Positions 55,017 through 63,247 of a stretch of 64,000 nucleotides of DNA are shown one piece after another. Position numbers and translations under genes: made by a program. This DNA comes from Escherichia coli (lineage in GTDB: Bacteria > Pseudomonadota > Gammaproteobacteria > Enterobacterales > Enterobacteriaceae): the NCBI RefSeq assembly GCF_003334765.1, contig NZ_QOWT01000013.1; one strand, 5' to 3'. The notes beneath the pieces were generated by a model, which worked only from the letters and a program-made list of their open reading frames with translations, did not search any database and was not told where the DNA came from. Within the stretch, counting starts at the first letter, position 1. The number at the start of each line of letters is the position of its first letter.

Positions 55017-56783
55017 ATGAATAAATCTCGTCAAAAAGAGTTAACCCGCTGGTTAAAACAGCAAAGCGTCATCTCCCAACGTTGGCTGAATATTTCTCGT
55101 CTGCTGGGCTTTGTGAGCGGCATATTGATCATTGCCCAGGCCTGGTTCATGGCGCGAATTCTGCAACATATGATTATGGAGAATATTCCCCGTGAAGCCC
55201 TGCTGCTTCCCTTTACGTTACTGGTTCTGACCTTTGTACTGCGCGCATGGGTGGTCTGGTTACGCGAACGGGTGGGTTATCACGCCGGGCAGCATATCCG
55301 CTTTGCCATCCGCCGTCAGGTTCTCGACCGTCTGCAACAAGCAGGGCCAGCGTGGATTCAGGGTAAACCTGCGGGGAGCTGGGCGACGCTGGTACTCGAG
55401 CAAATTGACGATATGCATGATTACTATGCACGCTATCTGCCGCAAATGGCGCTGGCAGTGTCGGTGCCGTTGCTGATTGTGGTGGCAATCTTCCCCTCTA
55501 ACTGGGCTGCGGCGCTCATTCTGCTGGGCACTGCACCGTTAATTCCGTTGTTTATGGCGCTGGTTGGAATGGGGGCTGCCGATGCTAACCGACGTAACTT
55601 TCTCGCTCTTGCTCGCTTAAGTGGGCATTTCCTCGATCGCCTGCGCGGCATGGAAACATTGCGTATTTTTGGTCGTGGTGAAGCTGAAATTGAAAGTATT
55701 CGTTCTGCTTCGGAAGATTTCCGCCAACGGACAATGGAAGTGCTACGGCTGGCGTTTTTATCCTCCGGCATTCTCGAATTTTTTACCTCGCTGTCAATTG
55801 CTCTGGTGGCGGTCTACTTTGGTTTTTCCTATCTCGGCGAGCTGGATTTTGGTCACTACGATACCGGTGTGACGCTGGCTGCGGGTTTTCTGGCCCTGAT
55901 CCTTGCGCCAGAGTTTTTCCAGCCATTACGCGATCTCGGTACGTTTTATCATGCTAAAGCCCAGGCTGTTGGCGCAGCTGACAGTCTGAAAACGTTTATG
56001 GAAACCCCGCTCGCCCATCCGCAACGTGGTGAGGCGGAATTAGCATCGACCGATCCGGTGACCATTGAGGCCGAGGAGCTGTTTATCACGTCGCCGGAAG
56101 GTAAAACGCTGGCCGGACCGCTGAACTTTACTTTGCCAGCAGGCCAACGTGCGGTGTTGGTTGGTCGCAGCGGTTCAGGTAAAAGCTCACTGCTGAACGC
56201 GCTTTCTGGTTTTCTCTCATATCAGGGATCGCTACGAATCAACGGGATAGAATTACGCGATTTATCACCAGAATCATGGCGTAAACATCTCTCCTGGGTT
56301 GGGCAAAACCCACAATTACCGGCAGCAACATTGCGGGATAACGTACTACTGGCGCGACCTGATGCCAGCGAACAAGAATTACAAGCAGCGCTGGATAACG
56401 CCTGGGTCAGCGAGTTTCTACCGCTCCTCCCACAAGGCGTTGATACGCCTGTTGGCGACCAGGCTGCCCGCCTTTCCGTGGGGCAGGCGCAGCGCGTGGC
56501 GGTGGCCCGTGCGTTACTAAATCCCTGTTCGCTATTACTGTTGGATGAACCCGCTGCCAGCCTTGATGCTCACAGTGAACAGCGCGTAATGGAGGCGCTG
56601 AATGCCGCCTCTCTGCGCCAGACAACGTTAATGGTCACCCACCAGTTAGAAGATCTTGCTGACTGGGATGTCATTTGGGTTATGCAGGATGGCCGGATTA
56701 TTGAGCAAGGACGTTACGCGGAATTAAGTGTGGCTGGTGGCCCATTCGCCACATTACTGGCCCATCGTCAGGAGGAGATTTAA
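55017..56783 (+). CDS. cydD: cysteine/glutathione ABC exporter subunit CydD
   Basis: 588-aa ORF, TM domain plus ABC ATPase (GRSGSGKSS). Confidence 0.95.
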   Translation: MNKSRQKELTRWLKQQSVISQRWLNISRLLGFVSGILIIAQAWFMARILQHMIMENIPREALLLPFTLLVLTFVLRAWVVWLRERVGYHAGQHIRFAIRRQVLDRLQQAGPAWIQGKPAGSWATLVLEQIDDMHDYYARYLPQMALAVSVPLLIVVAIFPSNWAAALILLGTAPLIPLFMALVGMGAADANRRNFLALARLSGHFLDRLRGMETLRIFGRGEAEIESIRSASEDFRQRTMEVLRLAFLSSGILEFFTSLSIALVAVYFGFSYLGELDFGHYDTGVTLAAGFLALILAPEFFQPLRDLGTFYHAKAQAVGAADSLKTFMETPLAHPQRGEAELASTDPVTIEAEELFITSPEGKTLAGPLNFTLPAGQRAVLVGRSGSGKSSLLNALSGFLSYQGSLRINGIELRDLSPESWRKHLSWVGQNPQLPAATLRDNVLLARPDASEQELQAALDNAWVSEFLPLLPQGVDTPVGDQAARLSVGQAQRVAVARALLNPCSLLLLDEPAASLDAHSEQRVMEALNAASLRQTTLMVTHQLEDLADWDVIWVMQDGRIIEQGRYAELSVAGGPFATLLAHRQEEI

Positions 56784-58505
56784 ATGCACGCTTTGCTACC
56801 CTATCTGGCACTGTATAAACGTCATAAATGGATGTTAAGTCTTGGTATTGTGCTGGCAATTGTGACGCTGCTCGCCAGTATCGGTCTGTTGACACTTTCC
56901 GGCTGGTTCCTCTCGGCCTCAGCGGTTGCGGGGGTTGCCGGACTGTACAGCTTCAACTATATGCTACCCGCTGCGGGCGTGCGTGGCGCAGCAATCACCC
57001 GTACTGCCGGGCGCTATTTTGAACGTCTGGTAAGTCACGACGCGACTTTCCGCGTGTTGCAGCATCTGCGCATTTACACCTTCAGCAAATTGCTGCCCCT
57101 CTCCCCTGCCGGACTGGCGCGCTATCGTCAGGGCGAATTGCTCAATCGCGTGGTGGCGGATGTTGATACGCTCGATCATCTTTACCTGCGCGTTATCTCG
57201 CCGCTGGTGGGCGCTTTTGTGGTGATTATGGTGGTGACAATCGGGTTAAGTTTCCTTGATTTCACCCTCGCCTTTACGCTGGGCGGCATTATGTTACTGA
57301 CGCTTTTCCTGATGCCACCGCTGTTTTATCGTGCGGGAAAAAGCACCGGGCAAAATCTGACTCATCTTCGCGGACAGTATCGCCAACAACTGACGGCCTG
57401 GCTGCAAGGGCAAGCTGAGCTGACCATTTTTGGTGCCAGCGATCGTTATCGCACGCAACTAGAGAATACAGAAATTCAATGGCTGGAAGCGCAACGCCGT
57501 CAATCTGAACTGACCGCATTGTCGCAAGCGATAATGCTGCTCATTGGCGCGTTAGCGGTGATCCTGATGCTGTGGATGGCGTCTGGCGGCGTTGGCGGCA
57601 ATGCTCAACCCGGCGCGTTAATTGCCCTGTTTGTCTTCTGCGCGTTAGCCGCGTTTGAAGCACTGGCACCAGTAACGGGTGCATTTCAGCATCTGGGGCA
57701 AGTCATTGCCTCTGCCGTACGTATCTCTGACTTAACGGATCAAAAACCGGAGGTCACCTTTCCTGATACCCAAACTCGTGTTGCCGATCGCGTTTCGCTG
57801 ACGTTACGGGATGTTCAGTTCACTTATCCGGAGCAATCTCAACAGGCACTTAAAGGGATTTCTCTTCAGGTAAACGCCGGGGAACATATAGCGATTCTCG
57901 GGCGAACCGGATGCGGCAAATCAACACTGTTACAACTGCTGACCCGCGCATGGGACCCGCAACAGGGCGAGATTTTGCTTAACGATAGCCCCATAGCCAG
58001 CCTGAATGAAGCGGCTCTACGACAGACCATCAGCGTTGTTCCTCAGCGAGTGCATCTGTTTAGCGCCACGCTGCGTGATAATCTTTTACTCGCCTCGCCT
58101 GGCAGTAGTGATGAGGCTCTGTCGGAGATCTTGCGTCGCGTTGGCCTGGAAAAGCTGCTCGAGGATGCAGGTCTCAACAGTTGGTTAGGTGAAGGCGGAC
58201 GCCAGCTCTCCGGTGGTGAACTGCGCCGTCTGGCTATCGCCCGTGCGCTGTTACATGATGCGCCACTGGTGTTGCTGGATGAACCTACCGAAGGCTTAGA
58301 TGCCACAACCGAAAGCCAGATCCTTGAATTGCTTGCAGAAATGATGCGTGAGAAAACGGTGTTAATGGTCACCCATCGACTTCGCGGACTCTCTCGTTTC
58401 CAACAAATAATAGTGATGGACAACGGGCAAATTATTGAGCAAGGTACTCACGCAGAACTGCTTGCCAGACAGGGGCGTTATTACCAGTTCAAGCAGGGTT
58501 TGTAA
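56784..58505 (+). CDS. cydC: cysteine/glutathione ABC exporter subunit CydC
   Basis: 573-aa ORF immediately abutting cydD; ABC ATPase (GRTGCGKST). Confidence 0.95.
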   Translation: MHALLPYLALYKRHKWMLSLGIVLAIVTLLASIGLLTLSGWFLSASAVAGVAGLYSFNYMLPAAGVRGAAITRTAGRYFERLVSHDATFRVLQHLRIYTFSKLLPLSPAGLARYRQGELLNRVVADVDTLDHLYLRVISPLVGAFVVIMVVTIGLSFLDFTLAFTLGGIMLLTLFLMPPLFYRAGKSTGQNLTHLRGQYRQQLTAWLQGQAELTIFGASDRYRTQLENTEIQWLEAQRRQSELTALSQAIMLLIGALAVILMLWMASGGVGGNAQPGALIALFVFCALAAFEALAPVTGAFQHLGQVIASAVRISDLTDQKPEVTFPDTQTRVADRVSLTLRDVQFTYPEQSQQALKGISLQVNAGEHIAILGRTGCGKSTLLQLLTRAWDPQQGEILLNDSPIASLNEAALRQTISVVPQRVHLFSATLRDNLLLASPGSSDEALSEILRRVGLEKLLEDAGLNSWLGEGGRQLSGGELRRLAIARALLHDAPLVLLDEPTEGLDATTESQILELLAEMMREKTVLMVTHRLRGLSRFQQIIVMDNGQIIEQGTHAELLARQGRYYQFKQGL

Positions 58506-58546
58506 GCTATTATTGAACGATCCGACTTGCGTGGAGTTTTGCGGTC

Positions 58547-59251
58547 ATGCGCCTGGTTCAGCTTTCTCGCCATTCAATAGCCTTCCCTTCCCCGGAAGGC
58601 GCATTACGTGAGCCTAACGGCCTGCTGGCACTTGGGGGCGATCTTAGCCCTGCGCGCCTGTTAATGGCTTACCAGCGTGGTATTTTTCCGTGGTTTTCTC
58701 CAGGCGACCCCATCCTCTGGTGGTCGCCCGATCCCCGCGCGGTGCTATGGCCAGAATCACTGCATATCAGCCGTAGTATGAAGCGATTTCATAAACGCTC
58801 GCCCTATCGTGTCACGATGAATTACGCTTTTGGTCAGGTCATTGAAGGCTGTGCCAGCGATCGCGAAGAAGGAACCTGGATCACGCGTGGCGTGGTCGAA
58901 GCCTACCATCGCCTTCACGAACTCGGCCATGCCCACTCCATTGAAGTCTGGCGTGAAGATGAGCTTGTCGGCGGTATGTACGGCGTGGCCCAGGGAACGC
59001 TATTTTGTGGCGAGTCCATGTTCAGCCGGATGGAAAATGCGTCTAAAACGGCGCTTCTGGTATTCTGTGAGGAATTTATCGGTCATGGCGGTAAGCTTAT
59101 CGACTGCCAGGTCCTTAACGATCACACAGCATCGCTTGGTGCCTGCGAAATTCCCCGCCGGGATTACCTTAATTATCTCAATCAAATGCGCCTCGGACGA
59201 TTGCCGAATAATTTCTGGGTACCACGATGCTTGTTTTCACCACAAGAATGA
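58547..59251 (+). CDS. aat: leucyl/phenylalanyl-tRNA--protein transferase
   Basis: 234-aa [20 protein letters not shown]. Confidence 0.95.
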
Positions 59252-59532
59252 ATGTTTTCGGCACATTTCTCCCCAGAGTGTTATAATTGCGGTCGCAGAG
59301 TTGGTTACGCTCATTACCCCGCTGCCGATAAGGAATTTTTCGCGTCAGGTAACGCCCATCGTTTATCTCACCGCTCCCTTATACGTTGCGCTTTTGGTGC
59401 GGCTTAGCCGTGTGTTTTCGGAGTAATGTGCCGAACCTGTTTGTTGCGATTTAGCGCGCAAATCTTTACTTATTTACAGAACTTCGGCATTATCTTGCCG
59501 GTTCAAATTACGGTAGTGATACCCCAGAGGAT

Positions 59533-59754
<222 letters not shown>

Positions 59755-59793
59755 TTGTTTTACCGCCTGATGGGCGAAGAGAAAGAACGAGTA

Positions 59794-59824
59794 AAAGGTC
59801 GGTTTAACCGGCCTTTTTATTTTG
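59794..59824 (+). terminator. Rho-independent terminator after infA
   Basis: Hairpin aaaggtcggtt-taa-accggccttt followed by tttattttg. Confidence 0.75.
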
Positions 59825-60007
59825 TGATATGTATGAAGTACTTTGGAAGTATAAGTCCGTAACTTGTCTCGATGTAGATATACTGCACAACTTGTTTACA
59901 GTATGAGCAAACAATAATTATCATTAAAATTCTTCTTGACCGTTTTACTCCAACTCCCTATAGTAGCGCCCCGTTGCCACCCATGAGGTTTGGTAGCAAA
60001 ACAATTT

Positions 60008-60095
60008 GGTGAGGTGTCCGAGTGGCTGAAGGAGCACGCCTGGAAAGTGTGTATACGGCAACGTATCGGGGGTTCGAATCCCCCCCTCACCGCCA
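60008..60095 (+). tRNA. serW: tRNA-Ser (anticodon GGA)
   Basis: 88-nt cloverleaf by hand: acceptor GGTGAGG/CCTCACC, anticodon loop CUGGAAA (GGA), long variable arm, T-loop GGTTCGAATCC, encoded 3' CCA. Confidence 0.93.
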
Positions 60096-60101
60096 GATTA
60101 T

Positions 60102-60136
60102 AAGCGTATATTATTGTTTGACATGCGCTTTTTTAT
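60102..60136 (+). terminator. putative terminator after tRNA-Ser
   Basis: Short stem aagcg...cgctt followed by ttttttatt; weak stem. Confidence 0.4.
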
Positions 60137-60245
60137 TCTCCCTTCCAGACAGTATGCCACCGGGTATGCCATCTGAAACCGGTTTATATAAGCCGCGATC
60201 ACATCTTATCGGACTATTTCCGATCTTTGAGCATACCGGGCAAAG

Positions 60246-61091
60246 CTATACTGCCAGCATGCCAGGATAGTGTCTGGCAATAATATCATTAAGCCTGTCA
60301 ACCAGTTCTGGTTTTCTGAACGTGATATGCGCGGAGCCCTTCTTAAAGTATCTGATGCTGAACATCTCATCTTCATAGCACGCTTTACCCTGAACAGACC
60401 GGATATGGTCATCCAGATGAATGATGATATTTTCCCGGTTGTCGGGGACTGGTTTGCCACTGAACAGATGCAGCATTCTTTCCAGGTCGGCAAGTCGGTC
60501 GGTCTGTTGTCCGCTGTTCAGATGAATCCCCCACCGGTCCCACCTCACCAGATTGTTGACGATAATTTTACTGCCAAATTTACAGGGTGAGTTGGTTTTG
60601 TAATTCCAGCTCAGCACTCTGAAGACGTTGATCACTCCTCGCTCAAACACGTCATCCTTATTCTGGTGCAGTTGCTCAAATGTGCTCCAAATGTTCGCTT
60701 CACTGATTTCCGGAAAGTTATCGTACTCCAGTGAGCGGTACCATGTATCACGGGCCTGCGCATCCATTAATGACAGCATCCCGGAACGTTGCATCAGGTC
60801 ACGCCAGATTTCGCGATCGAGATTGCGGGTGATGGCTTTCATTGCGGTTTCCGGTTTCTCCATGAGCCAGCAGCCGCAGCGAAAATCCTGTTTCATGGCC
60901 CAGTCCCGGGCGGTTTTACCGCCAATGCTTTCCGTCAGTACCGAGATTTCAGCCAGTTGCCGGATAAGTGTGTCGATTTGCAGCAGCGCACTCTTTCGTA
61001 CAGCCAGAATGTGGCGGATACTGGTTGAGCAGATAACGTCCGTATGTCCGTTGACCAGTTCCGGGCGGGAGATTGTGATATCTGACATCAT
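60246..61091 (-). CDS. hypothetical 281-aa island protein of unknown function (not a K-12 gene at this locus)
   Basis: Clean 281-aa ORF with AAGGA Shine-Dalgarno 8-9 nt upstream of ATGATG start; soluble, no TM or catalytic motif I can assign; may correspond to an uncharacterised family often annotated at the end of cbtA-type island modules, which I cannot verify. Confidence 0.6.
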   Translation of the reverse strand: MMSDITISRPELVNGHTDVICSTSIRHILAVRKSALLQIDTLIRQLAEISVLTESIGGKTARDWAMKQDFRCGCWLMEKPETAMKAITRNLDREIWRDLMQRSGMLSLMDAQARDTWYRSLEYDNFPEISEANIWSTFEQLHQNKDDVFERGVINVFRVLSWNYKTNSPCKFGSKIIVNNLVRWDRWGIHLNSGQQTDRLADLERMLHLFSGKPVPDNRENIIIHLDDHIRSVQGKACYEDEMFSIRYFKKGSAHITFRKPELVDRLNDIIARHYPGMLAV

Positions 61092-61112
61092 CGTTTTTCC
61101 TTTTGGTTTATA

Positions 61113-61143
61113 AACGAAAACGCCAGCCGTATTCAGGCTGGCG
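61113..61143 (-). terminator. Rho-independent terminator between the small-ORF operon and the 281-aa gene
   Basis: Minus-strand hairpin cgccagcc-tgaatac-ggctggcg followed by ttttcgttt. Confidence 0.65.
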
Positions 61144-61172
61144 TCAGTGGAATGAAGTCTGGTGAGTAAGAC

Positions 61173-61370
61173 TCACCTGTTCTGTTGCAGAAGCTGCTGT
61201 TGGCGCAGGGTACGGATATCTTCCCTGGCCTGTTCAATGCAGGGCAGCAGTGCTGCTGAATCCGTTTTATCCTCATCGGTGTCGAAGATAATCCCTGATT
61301 CGCAGTCAATATTGTCCTGCATCCACGCAATCAGAATATCCAGCGCCGTTTCTGTGGTTAATGATTTCAT
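61173..61370 (-). CDS. hypothetical small acidic protein (65 aa)
   Basis: Internal start MKSLTTETALDILIAWMQDN... of six-frame ORF 61173..61601; highly acidic (DNIDCESGIIFDTDEDKTD); start 16 nt after stop of the preceding 83-aa ORF. Confidence 0.45.
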   Translation of the reverse strand: MKSLTTETALDILIAWMQDNIDCESGIIFDTDEDKTDSAALLPCIEQAREDIRTLRQQQLLQQNR

Positions 61371-61386
61371 GTTGTGAATTTCCGGG

Positions 61387-61638
61387 TTACCAGTCGAAAG
61401 TGGGGAACCCCGGCAGACATTCTGCGCCGGCGTCCAGATGAATGAGACTGACGCCATAACGCCGGGTGAGAGTGACGACCAGACGACGGAACGTTCTTGA
61501 CAGGCCCAGGCGTTTAAGCCGCAGAACCGGGTACGACCATGCATCGGTACGTAACAGATACCAGTCGCGGGCTTTTTCCCGTACGGTGGAGGATAGCTCA
61601 TGCAGTGTATACACGGTGGTGGTGATAATTCTGCTCAT
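61387..61638 (-). CDS. hypothetical small basic protein (83 aa)
   Basis: ORF starts 18 nt downstream of the YeeT-like gene; Arg-rich; overlaps an alternative-frame 142-aa ORF so the coding frame is uncertain. Confidence 0.4.
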   Translation of the reverse strand: MSRIITTTVYTLHELSSTVREKARDWYLLRTDAWSYPVLRLKRLGLSRTFRRLVVTLTRRYGVSLIHLDAGAECLPGFPTFDW

Positions 61639-61656
61639 CTGAATGCCCTTACTGAC

Positions 61657-61878
61657 TCAGTTCAGGGTGACGTTCATCAGCCGGACATACGGGCCAAAAC
61701 TGTCCTTACGGCGTTCAGCAAACACGGCCAGCACACCGGGAATATCCTGCACTTCACGACCGGTATACGTCTCAGCACTGCCGTGCCAGCGGTACTTACC
61801 GGTGCAGAACGGAAATAGACGGGGTGCAGGATGCTGTTGGTGAATACGCATGGCTTCACCACGGGTGATAATTTTCAT
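61657..61878 (-). CDS. YeeT/DUF987-family small protein
   Basis: 73-aa ORF MKIITRGEAMRIHQQHP... matching my recollection of the YeeT-type protein that precedes cbeA/cbtA modules in CP4-like islands. Confidence 0.7.
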   Translation of the reverse strand: MKIITRGEAMRIHQQHPAPRLFPFCTGKYRWHGSAETYTGREVQDIPGVLAVFAERRKDSFGPYVRLMNVTLN

Positions 61879-61940
61879 AATGGGATACCTCTGAAGACAG
61901 AAGATAAAAGTGAAAACAGGTGTGATGTGGTTGTGACGGG

Positions 61941-62417
61941 TTAAAGCAGACCATGTTCGGCAAAGGAGAAAACCTGGTTGCCACCGACTATCAGATGGTC
62001 CGGCACCCGGATATCCACCAGGCCCAGTGCCTGTACCAGACGTTCGGTGATAAGCCGGTCTGCCTTACTGGGTGTGACTTCACCGGACGGGTGATTGTGT
62101 GCCAGTACCACGGCAGCGGCATTGTGGTACAGGGCGCGTTTAATCACTTCCCGGGGATGGACTTCCGTGCGGTTGATGGTGCCGGTGAAGAGGGTTTCAC
62201 CGGCAATCAGCTGATTCTGGTTGTTCAGATACAGCACCCGGAATTCTTCACGCTCCAGTCCCGCCATGTTCAGAATCAGCCATTCCCGTGCTGCACGGGT
62301 GGAGGTGAAGGCCACGCCGGGTTCATGAAGATGGCGGTCCAGGGTTTTCAGGGCCCGTTGAATGAGGCTGCGCTCGCCGGGCGTCATCTCTCCGGGCAGA
62401 AAGGAAAGTTGTTGCAT
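61941..62417 (-). CDS. RadC-like JAB-domain protein (YeeS/YfjY/YkfG family)
   Basis: JAMM motif HNHPSG; start chosen at MQQLSFLPGE preceded by GGAGG SD (alternative ATG at 62432 overlaps antirestriction stop). Confidence 0.85.
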   Translation of the reverse strand: MQQLSFLPGEMTPGERSLIQRALKTLDRHLHEPGVAFTSTRAAREWLILNMAGLEREEFRVLYLNNQNQLIAGETLFTGTINRTEVHPREVIKRALYHNAAAVVLAHNHPSGEVTPSKADRLITERLVQALGLVDIRVPDHLIVGGNQVFSFAEHGLL

Positions 62418-62432
62418 TGTCCCTGCCTCCAT

Positions 62433-62906
62433 TCAGTCGATGATGCGCATAATGGCGCTGCATTCCGGATGCTGCAGGGCGTAATCCCGCAGCCGGTAAT
62501 AATGAACCGTCATGGCATAATTCTCTGTACGACAGGCGTGATGGCTGTACGCCATCAGACAGGCGGCAATGCCGGCGGCTTCCGGGCTCATTTCAGCGCG
62601 GTTACCGTTCATGACGTTAAACAGCACCCATGTTTCGTCATCATCGTCATCCGGTTCGGGTGCCATAAATGCGCCACCGTTGTTCAGGGTGTACAGATTC
62701 CAGATACCACCGCAGTAGTCTTCGCACAGACGGTCCATCCAGCCGAAGACACGGGGCTCCAGGGTCACCCACTGTGGAATGAGGCCAAAGTGCTGCGGCC
62801 AGAAGCTGATGCGCTGTTCATCAGGGACGAGGGTGGCAACCAGTTGTTGCAGGTCAGTCTCCGGTGCACAGGCCGAAGAGGTGGTGTTCTGAGACAATGT
62901 TTTCAT
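62433..62906 (-). CDS. antirestriction protein (KlcA/ArdB-like, YfjX/YeeR family)
   Basis: Internal start MKTLSQNTTSS... (158 aa) within six-frame ORF 62433..63287; the 5' extension overlaps the upstream DUF932-like gene and is taken as non-coding. Confidence 0.8.
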   Translation of the reverse strand: MKTLSQNTTSSACAPETDLQQLVATLVPDEQRISFWPQHFGLIPQWVTLEPRVFGWMDRLCEDYCGGIWNLYTLNNGGAFMAPEPDDDDDETWVLFNVMNGNRAEMSPEAAGIAACLMAYSHHACRTENYAMTVHYYRLRDYALQHPECSAIMRIID

Positions 62907-63247
62907 GTATGAAATCCTTGTAATGTGAATAAATGAGAGGGAGTAAAGGTCGGGAGCTGGCAACATCACGTTCATCACTGACCGTGATGACCCGGTAATA
63001 TCAGGGATGAATGATATTCGGCTGAAATTCCGGACAGCCGTACGCGTAACCGTTCCGGTCACAGACGGATGGCCAGATGCCATTGCCTGTATACTCAGTC
63101 TGCACAGACTGATTTCTCCGGGACGGTAAAACAGACGGGTACACCAGGCGCACAGGTCATCATCAGAAATGGAACGACACCCCGGCAGCGCCTCCGGGGC
63201 GTCGGGTGATTCTGGTGCCTGAATCACGCCTTCAGGGACATGCTGCA

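Noticed and set aside
60022-60270. 82-aa plus-strand ORF downstream of infA
   Set aside because: It reads straight through the tRNA-Ser gene and the spacer; spurious.
61173-61601. 142-aa ORF as a single gene
   Set aside because: Its N-terminal half is Pro/Gly/Cys/Trp-rich with no RBS context and overlaps the better-placed 83-aa ORF; only the C-terminal 65 aa from an internal Met were kept, at low confidence.
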